From: Lingula anatina
Taxonomy: Eukaryota; Animalia; Brachiopoda
DNA: 64,000 bases
Direction: 5' to 3'
Assembly (NCBI GenBank): GCA_051362555.1
Contig: CM120645.1
Span: forward strand, 8,618,001-8,682,000
Shown: piece by piece, positions 1-10,824 of the stretch
How positions within the stretch are numbered: the stretch's first letter is position 1
Layout: every line of letters begins with the position of its first letter
Made by a program: the position numbers and the translations under genes
Notes under the pieces: model-generated
What the model saw: only the letters and a program-made list of their open reading frames with translations
Database searches by the model: none
Told to the model about the DNA's origin: nothing

Positions 1-81
1 CGAAATGTACTTTTTATTGTTTTATTTAATATTTCTAGTAATTCAATAGTAATAATAATAATAATAAAATTTTGTGTTAAG

Positions 82-454
82 GAAAATTTGAAAAATCCCA
101 TAATCAGAGTTGAGGATGACGCTTCTGCTAAAGAGAGGATTCTGTTTGAGCTTAAGTGCGAAAAAGAATGTGAGGAAAACCAAAAGGTATGTAATATTGC
201 TTATCTATTTTGAAAAGAATGGTGGGTTTCATTGTTTACGATTCTTGAATATTTAATAATTATAATAGTCAAATAATGTGTCAGTTACTTTCTTTCAGAA
301 ATACCCCATTCAACGGGACGTGTTCGAAGAAACCAAAGTCCCTTCTAGACTGAGAAGATGGTGGAATGGGTTTTTGAATGCCATCAGATCTTCATCTTGT
401 TTTGGTGGACGCAGACGCAATAGAGTACACCCACTGCCGCAACCAGAGAAATAA
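82..454 (+). CDS. Last two coding exons (82-186, 299-454) of an upstream tandem copy of the coiled-coil gene at 1859-3330; the 5' exons lie before the window
   Basis: AG/GT-bounded exons encode ENLKNPIIRVEDDASAKERILFELKCEKECEENQK and KYPIQRDV...NRVHPLPQPEK*. They are nearly identical to 2918-3022 and 3175-3330. AATAAA at 1038. Confidence 0.85.
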
Positions 455-1714
455 GAGACCATCGGTGACGATGAATTACTAAGGAAAGCATGATGTGTAG
501 CCCCAGACCACAGGCGTCGCTAGTATCTCTTACAAATCTACAGGATCAGCTCTTCTTGAATTTTGTATGTTATACTAGAGACCTCTATGATATCAGAGGG
601 AACATGATGTGCTCTCGTGTTACGAAATATGTGTACAGACTCTTAAATTCACAAGTTTGGTTGCGGTTTGTTGGTTTTAAAGACCTCAGGCAGAAACATC
701 ACCCATGTCCCTGGAGGCTCTTGAAAAGCGTCACTGCTTCTGTGTGCAGATAGTGCTTTCCTTTTTTTTTTTTTTTTTTAGCGAAGGTTCAAAATAAAGA
801 AAACAGCAATGTCCAATTTCACTTTATTGACCTTATTAATTGTTGTTTTTACAATTATATCGCTTTTGAGTCAGTTACAGTTGACGAATATTTTGACGCA
901 TCTTTTTAAATGTAAATATATTTTATGGTAATGTAAATATTTTAATTCAAACATTCTCTTATTAGTAAACTAAGACAAATCAATACTTGGAATTCTTAAA
1001 GTTAAAACTATTGATTGTTTTTTATTAAAAGTATGAAAATAAACCATATTTCTGTATTAAGATGTGTTGCATTTTTTAAATCTATATATCCATCTATATC
1101 CGAGCGACATATAACCTCAAAGTCATTCTTGGAATAAGTGAAACAAAATTTTTGTTGAGCAGTTATAGGTTATACAACGTGTCGCATGTCAACCACATGA
1201 ACAGACCGTAATCTGAAGATGTAGACAAGTACATCGTCTGTATATAAAAAGGCAGGAACTTCCAGCAAACTTTGAATATTATACAATATAACCTTTCAGT
1301 GTAGGGCAAAATTTAAAAAGCGCATCTTGGCTGAGCCGCCGTGCTTAATTTGGAGTGTTATTAAAATAGCTTGGTCGTACTCCCTTAATTAAGGCGATTT
1401 TGATAAACACAAAATCGCCTTTTCAGTAATGGAAGACATTTTGCCACGATTGTCACCACACGGTAATTTGTTGGTTGTTCTTTTCTTTTTTTCTACAATA
1501 GAATTGTGCTTCTTTTGCGTTTATGTTTTCTTTAAATCGTGTAAAGAAAAAAGAGTATTTATTATATCTTGATAAACAAATAAGTTCTTTGTCTCTTTCA
1601 ACTGTTTTCCCTTAATTTAAAAGAATAAGAAAACGACAACGTGCTACAATTGATTACGGAGCGTAAGATTCACGCCACACCTAACGTTTTGTTGTTGGAC
1701 AAAACAACGCATTG

Positions 1715-1830
1715 ACCTATGACGTGGCGTCATGCAGTACATATAAAAATAAACGTCACAAGAAATGTGACGTAAACGTCCGTGGCAACAGTCAGACCTG
1801 GCGACAGTTCTTTTAGAGCAGCACGTCAAT
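1715..1830 (+). promoter_or_regulatory. Putative promoter: cluster of CRE half-sites, an RFX-like half-site and a TATA-like box
   Basis: TGACG/CGTCA at 1720, 1728, 1754, 1768 and 1824; GTCCGTGGCAAC at 1778-1789; TATAAAA at 1742. All lie within 140 nt upstream of the ATG at 1859. Confidence 0.5.
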
Positions 1831-1858
1831 TTGACCGGAGTTTAATTTCTACATAAAA

Positions 1859-3330
1859 ATGGCTGGTAAACCCGTTGAGAATTTGACTTCAAGATTACAA
1901 ATTGAGGATCAAGATGTGGACCCTAGACCACGTCAACTGGCATTATGGATAGATGCAGAATCCGAATCTTCGTCGCAGCAATCGTCCAGACCGGTAACGC
2001 CATTCGGCCCTTCTGCGCTGGATCCAGCGACAATTCCTAGGCGTCTGTCCTGTAGACTGGTTTCACAAACCAGACAAAGAGACCCTGAAGAGTTGGCCTT
2101 TGAACTGGATATCAGACAAACAGCAGCAACAAATCTGAGAAACGAACAGATTAGAGGAAGAACCCCCTCCACGGGAGCTAGGTTAGAAAAGGTAAGTTAT
2201 TCGTTAGAAATCGGGCATGTGCTTCAGTTTTCCCAGCAATTTCCTATTCTTCGATGCAACTCTGATTTATTCTGAAGATAGTTTTGTGTGATTCGGTTGA
2301 TTATTTATTTGGTATTCGCTACCTCTTTTGATAAGCGTTGAGTAGCAGATGACTGACTGATCCGGTTTTTGAAAAACGGGGAGGAAAGGGATGGGAAAGA
2401 TTTTCGCTTTGTATTGATATACATACAATATCGGATTGGATGTAATATATTTCATGTTACATTTCCAGGCTTTGCAAACTAAACTCGAGTTGGATATAAC
2501 AGAACAGGAAAGGAAAAAGCGAAAAGATGAAGGAAAGCGAGAGAGAATTGCAAAGCGCCTAGAAGAAATCAAATATAAGAAAGAACAGATGGAACTGGAG
2601 AAAAAGAAGGCCAGAGAACGCAAGGAGATTCTCGTTCAAGTAAGAGTTTTATGTACATGTACGCCTCTTTATTTTGGGTAGGGGGGTTGTTCTTTACGAG
2701 GTAATTTAGTGTTTACGTAAGGTCAAATAATGTCTGTAAATAGTGTTTCAGAAAAATGTTTTTTGCATATATTTTGCCCAGCCAATTTCACTGCTAAAAT
2801 CGCACCGTGTCTTTTACAATAGATAATACACCGTCAAAGTAAAGGTGAAAATAGAGCAATGACTACCTTTTCTTTGATATTTCTAGCAATCCAATAATAA
2901 TAATATTTTGTGTTAAGGAAAATTTGAAAAATCCCAAAATCAGAGTTGAGGATGACGCTTCTGCTAAAGAGAGGATTCTGTTTGAACTAAAGTGCGAAAA
3001 GGAATGTGAAGAAAACCAAAAGGTATGTAATGTTGCTTTTCTTTTTTGAAATTTAAACGAGCGAGTCTCATCGTTAACTATTCTTGAGAACTAATGAACA
3101 TGGGTGGTAATGATTTTCTTTATGAATTATAATTAATATAATAGTTAATAAACGTATCAGTTACTTTCTTTCAGAAATACCCCATTCAACGGGACGTGTT
3201 CGAAGAAACCAAAGTCCCTTCTAGACTGAGAAGATGGTGGAATGGGTTTTTGAATGCCATCAGATCTTCATCTTGTTTTGGTGGACGCAGACGCAATAGA
3301 GTACACCCACTGCCGCAACCAGAGAAATAA
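1859..3330 (+). CDS. Uncharacterised 254-aa charged coiled-coil protein with a loose stathmin-like layout; exons 1859-2191, 2469-2639, 2918-3022, 3175-3330
   Basis: Four phase-0 GT-AG exons (333+171+105+156 nt) join into one open frame ending in TAA. E/K/R-rich helical middle. AATAAA at 3884. Conservation with the upstream paralog supports coding status. Confidence 0.85.
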
Positions 3331-4860
3331 GAGACCATCGGTGACAATGAATTACTCAGGAGAGCACGATGAGCACCTCGAGCTCCTGACCCCAGGCGTC
3401 GGCACAAGTCCCTTACAAAATTACAGGATGGACTCTTTTTGAATTTTTTGTTATACTAGAGACCTCTGTGATATCAGAGGGAACATGATGTGCTCTTGTA
3501 TTAAGAAATATATGTACAGACCCCTAAAATCATGGGTCTGGTTGCGGTGGGTCTTCAAGATTTCAAGCTGAAATATCACCCATGGTCTGGAAGGCTGTTG
3601 AAAAGCGTCACTGCTACGTGCGTGGACACTGCTTTCCTTGCATTTTTTTATCAAAAAAGGAAACAGCAATGTCTTGTTACACTTCATTATGATTTTTGCA
3701 GTCACACCGCCTTCGAGTCAATTCGTTTGCCGTATATTTTGGTACATCTTTTTAAATGTAAATATTCTTTGTGTAAATGTAAATATTTTAATGTAAATAT
3801 TCTTTTATAAGCAAACTATGACAAATCAATACATAGACTTCCTTAAGTATAAACGGCTATTTGTTTTTTCATTAAAATATCAAAATAAACCAAATTTCCG
3901 TCTTAAAATGAGTCACATTTCTTGAATCAATATTTCCATCGATACCCGTGTAGAATACATGTATACGTAGACCTATCCAAATGTAAAAACATATTGCAAG
4001 TCGAAATCACGCATCTAAGCATTCAGTGATGAAAGGTGGTAGCAAAATATGAGAGAGAGAAAGAGAGAGAGAGAGAGATGAAACGCATTAGAAATATGGA
4101 TATCGATATTCCTTTAAATGAAAGAACAAAATGCATTACTAGATGTTGGGCATAACGTAGAAACGAGCGAGCTTCGCAAACACAATCTCGTTGTATTGTG
4201 GAGTATTTCAAACAAAACAAAACAATGCATTCCCCTCTATGTTTTTTCATGCAGCACCAAATTGAACCATCAAGATAACCCTGCCAGAAGGATTGCTAAA
4301 AGCAAGCGTACTATTTGCTGCGCTTGCTCTGGGGTATTTGCAATTAAAAAGTATCATCGAGCTGATATACCCCAGCAAATTAATGCTCTCTTCAAAGAAG
4401 AAGTGGTCAATTTTTGTCCACCGTCGCTCCATGCTACGCATATCCATTAACACTTTCTTTCTTTTTTCCGGGTCTTTATTGATTAATTAATTTTTTCATT
4501 GTCTTTCTGGCATGGTGGACCACAGAGCGTCGCGTATTTAGTATAGCGAGATCGCTTCGGGAATACTACAACCTAGGACAAGTATAGGACAAGGCCAAGA
4601 AAGAAAGTGGATCTAGATCCGGGCGAAAAGATGTTAATATTAATATTAACGGCACGCTATCCGTATTTGAAAATGTACAGGGGTCACGTTTCTGCGTCAA
4701 CATATCCTACAAAAACCTTCAAAACAATAAAACCCCTCAGTTAAAATAAGCTACTGATGTCGACGGTTTCTTCTGAAATGTACATGGCTTGACTGGACAG
4801 TCTTTTAAAACTAAATCATTCAATCATGAATTATATAAAACAAGAAATCCAAGTCCAGCA

Positions 4861-5034
4861 CCGGTGTGACAGGAATGGAAGTCCTAGGAATGGAAGTCCA
4901 GGTTCCCATATGATAAGTACAGCTTAGGGTTAGTTGGGGTATTGAGATTAGTACATGTGACGAATGTCAACTGTACAAAGTGATGGAAACCGGACTACGG
5001 TTCCTATAGTGGACTTCCATTCCTGTCTCACCGG
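4861..5034. mobile_element. MITE-like element with 24-bp inverted termini
   Basis: CCGGTGTGACAGGAATGGAAGTCC (4861-4884) pairs with GGACTTCCATTCCTGTCTCACCGG (5011-5034) with one mismatch. Internal TTAGGGTTAG and a duplicated AGGAATGGAAGTCC. Confidence 0.65.
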
Positions 5035-5379
5035 GTCCAATTTGACGAGGAAATCATTAGATAGGACATTTTAAAATGCATCCGTTTGTGAAAATGTTAT
5101 CGAGCAATTGATACACTTTTTGGCAAATAACCAAATTTATCGTTTTCCATTTTTTTTCTTTATACGGCGTATGTGAGTATTTGGGTTTTCTTAATGCGTA
5201 AATTTGGCATACAGAATTCAATTAACGAATCTTTCTGGCACCTTGTGCTCTGTTCCAATGCTACTGACCGTTCCTCAATTGATTTCCGATCTCGAAAGTA
5301 CTTTATACGTCTACACTTTTGGAAATTAATTTTCTTTGAGGAAGTGCAACACTCTGTGTAGATACAGTGTATGATGTGG

Positions 5380-5380
<1 letters not shown>

Positions 5381-5411
<31 letters not shown>
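5381..5411. repeat. Poly-G tract
   Basis: About 31 consecutive G. Confidence 0.9.
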
Positions 5412-5412
<1 letters not shown>

Positions 5413-5634
5413 AGGGACACAGCGGGCGTGTGAATAATTTTTAACAAACGGTGTCAATGCTTATCACTTCTATTAAGTCATGGTAACTCTCCGAATCGTG
5501 GCTTGATTGCCTAAAAGAACTCTCATCAGTTTCTGCTAGTTGTGCCTTCTCACATTTCGAAAGAAAAGCAGACAATGTCACCTGTTTGTCCTTTGCGGAT
5601 TTATTTGACACTGCAGTCACATAAAGTGGTACTT

Positions 5635-5883
5635 CTAACTTCTGAATAGCCTCTTAACTTCAGGAAGTACACGTTCACTAACATATCCTTGTTGAACAAG
5701 GTCTTCAAGAGGAGATAGTGGAAATTGTTTCCTCGGTTTTGTATGCATTGCTTTACTGTTTATAATTGTTGTATAGTCCAAGTCCATCTTCTTGCCAGTC
5801 AAGAGCTCACAAACTGTCTTCCTCTGACTCTTTTGTTTTTGTTTTCGCCTCTTTTGCCTCAGATCAGTCTTTTTTAAATCAAT
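5635..5883 (-). CDS. Candidate terminal coding exon (82 aa, basic N-terminal part) of an unresolved gene
   Basis: A pyrimidine tract and AG at 5885-5884 precede an open phase-0 frame IDLKKTDLRQKRRKQKQKSQRKTVCELLTGKKMDLDY...VLPEVKRLFRS* (TAG 5637-5635). AATAAA on - at 5605-5600. Confidence 0.4.
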   Translation of the reverse strand: MDLKKTDLRQKRRKQKQKSQRKTVCELLTGKKMDLDYTTIINSKAMHTKPRKQFPLSPLEDLVQQGYVSERVLPEVKRLFRS

Positions 5884-5983
5884 CTGGAAGGGGGGGGGGT
5901 GTGAATGCTATCAGGGTTGGTCTCGGGTTTCTTGTTTTGTTGTATTTTTTTTGTTTGTTTGTTTGTTTGTTGTTTTTTTTTTT

Positions 5984-6014
<31 letters not shown>

Positions 6015-7628
6015 CACAGGAATTTTACCCGCAGCCCCATCCCTCTCCAACTTAATTACCAGTCCCTGAATAAGTATCGGATGTTTCAAAAGAAAAAAGG
6101 AAGGAAGGCCAAAGTATGACGACTCCAGGACTGAAATATACACCAACACTAGCGATTGATTTGAATAAATGCATGTTATAAATTCGCATTTATTGCAATA
6201 AGCTTTTTATCAACATTTCATATTCCAGATAAAGCGGTCTATCCATCCGCAGTGAATGTATAGTTGACATGCTTTGATTTGTTAGGCCTATCTGCTCATT
6301 TAATTTCTTTTTTATCCATATCATTTTTATCTTCGGTCCTCTCTGTATGCAAGTATATTGGCCGAGTTGACTCTGGCCCTTTTCCCATGGAGAGGTAGGC
6401 CCCTATAGCAGGCTCGTAGCCAAGGGGGTTCGGGGCGTTCCAAGAACCCCCTTTTTTTGTCGGGCTCAACTCGATGTGAATGCGGCCTTAGTGATTCGCG
6501 AATCGAATCAGGCTGACTGGCCGTGTCCAGTGCAACCTCCGTTCAGGCGACTCTTTTACGTAATTTACCCAGTTGACAATTTCTCAATTCGGTGCAAAAG
6601 AGGTAGGCCTACTGCTCCCCTCGATTATTTTCTCTACTTCTATGATTTTTTCAAATCGTCTGCGCGAATCATAGGGCTCATTCCCATTGAAACTATCGGT
6701 CTCCGTAGTTCGATCCAACTCTGCGGGGGCTCTCGCTGAATGCAATCAGATTCGCAGATTAACACAGGCTTGGGTGTTTTTTCGCATCTTTAAAATTGTC
6801 ATCATTGTGTTATTTTGTCTTACGTACGTGAAGGATATTGAAATCTGGAATCATATATTTTGTCTTTCCTACGATCGAATCACCAGGAGTTTCAAGATTC
6901 AGCTTGCAACCAACCTGTAACAACATGTGTCGTTTTTAACATAATTGGAAGCGGTAAATCCAGTAAAATCTGAAAGAGACAGTCGATTAGATGGTGAGCA
7001 AAAATACGATTTTAATATAGCAGCCCGATATTAGGCCCCTTTTGTGATCTTTTGTTTGTCTATGATTTACTGGTAGAGAGAGGTCCACAGATAGATATAG
7101 TTCAGTGTATAACGGGCCCGCGTTCCAAGAACCCATCAATAAAGAAACTCTTTTCATCCCGGGGCTTTCTTTTTCCTTCCTACCCATTATATATAGTCTC
7201 GCCTTTTTTACAATTTGTTCCTCTTAAACTAAAACAACAAACAATATATCCGTGGTGTAATCAACGGATAAACACCCTATTTTAAATTCCAGTGCACTAT
7301 TCAATTCTTTGTTACGGCCCCGCGGTTATTGACTGAGCAAATTTCCATTATTTAAAAGCAAATACGCCGCCTTTTGTTGAAGAAACTGAACAGTACAGTC
7401 ACCCACTTGTTATACTTGCGCCTCCAGTGACGAGGCTGACCTTTGACCCTTCAGTTCAGGGCGCCCTACCTCAGTAAAAATACAGCTCGCTCAAATATGC
7501 TAATCGGTACACTCGCGGAGGCGAGAAACATCCGCGTGTGAGTTGTAACTTTCAGCGATTTCAACATACCGGAAAAGTTGCCAATTAGCAATAGATCTTC
7601 ACGGTTTAACGCCAAGAGCAGTTGGAAG

Positions 7629-10600
7629 ATGACACCGACAATATTGGAGCTGCTGGTTCTTATTCTGGTCGTTTTAATAGGTAGGGAAGAACCTTGTTAG
7701 TAAAGTTTGTCACAAGTTAGGGTTTATATTTTAAACATGGGCTGTTATTTAGGTCACCCACACCAAGCACTTGTAGTTTACATATGCACGTAGCTCGCTC
7801 TAAATTTTGATACCGCGCCATAGCATTTTAAGTGACCAAAAAGACCAAAAAGAATGATGCTTTTAAATAATCAAAGTTCGATGTTTGAACCAGGTTTGTA
7901 ATTACGAAATTTTATAATACCAAATTATAGGTGGGTAACTTTCCATTCCTTCCTGTTGCTCTGAGGGTGAAATTGATACTGAAATTTATACTTCTAGAAG
8001 TGTTTTAAAAAGGAAAGATTTTGGCTTTACGAGCCGTAATTTATATATCGATAGCTGTACACGAATTGTGCATTTGGATCTGGTCTCACTTAGGGCTTAT
8101 TTTTACTTAAAATTGACTGGTCTGGGGTTTGTGACGTCACTAAACGACCAGATTTGAGGGGGAGCCCATATTTTCTCAGACTGTTGCATCTCATGTTAAA
8201 CTAAATGTATAAACATATACATTGATGTTAAACAGTGCTTTTTAGTATGGTTTAAGTTAGTTCTCTTTGTGAATGCACCCATATTGTAGAGCCCTTTTAC
8301 CATTTGCGAAACATAATGAAAACTGGTTATTACATTCTCCACGCAATTGATATAATGACAACCTGTTTTCTGCTCAGGGACATATTAAATGTGTTTGTCA
8401 ATAATGACCAAAGGGCTGATGATAAGTATTAATCATTTGGGATTTCAACATTGGCCAATATATATGTTCAAGTAATGACCATTGTTTAAGCGCACCGTGA
8501 TGAAGGTCATGTCTGGGTGCCTCTGTCCAGTTTGTCATGTTATTATCAGAATATCTGAATGACAAGTAAACTTTCAATTAAGGGCAGATGTTAAATATAG
8601 ACTAGTAAATGAAAATTCTTTTATATTTTGCATTAAAATATTGGGACCTTGAAAAAATGTCACCTGCCTCAGAGACTCTTCCAACTTGTGAAAATAATTA
8701 GTTACAAATTGAAATTCGAGTTCTAGTGAATTGCTAACATAACAGCCAGTTTGTTAGATAGTCAATTTCTCAAAAAGTGTACTGATACAGACTTAAGGTA
8801 TCGCTTAAATATACTGCTCAGTGTGAAAAGCGTAGTAGATATTTTGCCAGCAGCAAAACACTCAGTGGGAAATCTTTTAAACAGCAGTTAAAGTTTAAAA
8901 ACCTTTGTTTCTCGAATCTGTTTGCTACAGATGTTCAAGCACTTAATTTTAAAGTGAAATTTATTTTGACAGAAGACATTTATATATGTAGCATAATAAA
9001 AGTGTGTTAATTTCAGGATTTAGTGTGATGTCTATGGGTAGTTGAAGATTTTATTTCATATTTTATTGAGGGGAGGCGGGGGGGGGGGGGGGGGGGAAGG
9101 GAAGGGTTAAATTTAGAATTTTTGTAAGAGAATAAACCAACAGCTCTATCTGCTTAGAATCAAAGCTTGAAACTGAGTATATATCAGATTTTGCATTTGC
9201 ACTCAGGTGCCATTGGTATTACTAGTATAGGCAAACTCTTATTATCTCCATTCTTAATTTATATCAAAAAGATCTTAGTTTAGTTCACTGCCCTTGCAGT
9301 GCACAAGTAAGTATTATCTATATTTAGTATTATTCTGAAGTAGCAGAAAAATATGCTGTGGGTTAGTGAACAATGCTGTTTGGCTGCTGGCAGCACAGTT
9401 TCAACCAAAAATGTTTTGAACCATTATTTCAAGGATTATTATGGTGTGAATGTTTGCTCCAGTCACGTATAGAAATTCATGAGTTCAGCATGTAATACAG
9501 TCAGCAAACAGGGCTGATGTACAACTCCCATGTATGACTGTGATGAAAATGTCCACTTCTACGAATCAGTCCACATACAGGTTTGTTAAACTGATGTTGG
9601 ACGCGACCTCAACATATTAGCAAACAGGTGGCTTATTCCTTCCCATTAGTCTACTGAGAGTTGATGACAACTTCGCCAGCAGGATATTAGTGCCATTCAC
9701 AGCCTCTAGAGAAACAAAAAGAAATTACAACTGCTAAAGGTATAGGCGGCTTTTTCTCTTCCATATATATATACGTTCATGAGTATTTTTCGAGACACTG
9801 AAGTAGTGAGATAAAAGAGTCCAAATATTGTAAACTTTGCGGGTATTTTTTTGCTAAAGTGCAATCAGTGGAATTGGCTTAATCAGCACACAATAGTTTA
9901 TTATCCCAGACAACGAAGCTGATTGCATTTTAGCAAGAATCTCCCGAGTTCGACCAACCCAGCTAGTACGATTAATGAATCTAAATGCAGTCAAAGAGAA
10001 CACGTTTGCCTTCTATTTGTAAGTTTTTGGTCAGACAAGTCGTTGTGGCCCACACGCAGAGAAGGATAACACTAAGAAGGGCTGGCTTATCTTCACTGTA
10101 AACCCATCTTTAGCCTTTTTAGACTAAAACTACTAGTACAGATGTGAAATTGGCCAACTGGGTATTGCCTTGTGAAAACCACAGCTGCTAAACTTCTTTA
10201 ATGATTTACTGCTGCTATACATAGAAACTGTAGAACTTCTAACCCTGAAAAGAGATGGAATCTGTCAAAATGGCAAGGGGCAGAAGTAGTTACTTGATCA
10301 CAGTTTTATTTATAGGACCTATAATATGGTTTTAAAGCCAGTTGTACATCTTATGGATAATCACTGACAAATTTTTAGTGCTACTGAAAAAAGATTAGAA
10401 GTATAATTTATTTTTCACTAAGTTCATTTTGCATGAAAATAATGTCACTGTCACAAAAAAAATAATAATAATAAATAAAATAATAAAATAAAATAATAAT
10501 AATAATAATAATAAATTAATAAAAAATAAATTATTAAAATAGAATATGTTTAGGATGATCAAGCTAAGATGTGTCTGTAATTCAACCAATTCACACTTGC

Positions 10601-10776
10601 ACCTTTCACATGCAGCTGTGTATTACCTATAAAACCTATTCTGTAACCTGAGATTAGTGAACATTGTCAGATTAAGGCACCTGGTATTCCGCATCTTCAG
10701 CAGACATCTTGGATCTTATCATTCTTCAGGTTCCTGAGTGTGACCCAGTGTTCTTTTGATTTTATAAAAGTGGGCT

Positions 10777-10824
<48 letters not shown>

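Noticed and set aside
490-753. 87-aa ORF and similar short ORFs at 3254-3810
   Set aside because: They lie in the 3' UTRs of the duplicated gene and the frames are not conserved between the two copies.
1391-1421. 12-bp-stem hairpin AAGGCGATTTTG...CAAAATCGCCTT followed by Ts
   Set aside because: It resembles a bacterial terminator or Helitron end, but the context is eukaryotic, there is no CTRR end and no other support.
4118-4490. Overlapping ORFs of 110, 68 and 65 aa
   Set aside because: No recognisable domain, no consistent exon chain, and no counterpart in the upstream duplicate unit.
4923-4933. TTAGGGTTAG as an interstitial telomere
   Set aside because: Fewer than two units, and it lies inside a MITE-like element.
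5766-6119. 117-aa + strand ORF with an apparent transmembrane stretch
   Set aside because: The hydrophobic run is translated poly-T and poly-G simple sequence.
7437-8139. DR1 nuclear-receptor motif TGACCTTTGACCC (7437) and full CRE TGACGTCA (8132) near the Ly6 first exon
   Set aside because: These are single short motifs, and TGACCTTTGACC is also a common core of local repeats (63403, 63897), so function cannot be supported.
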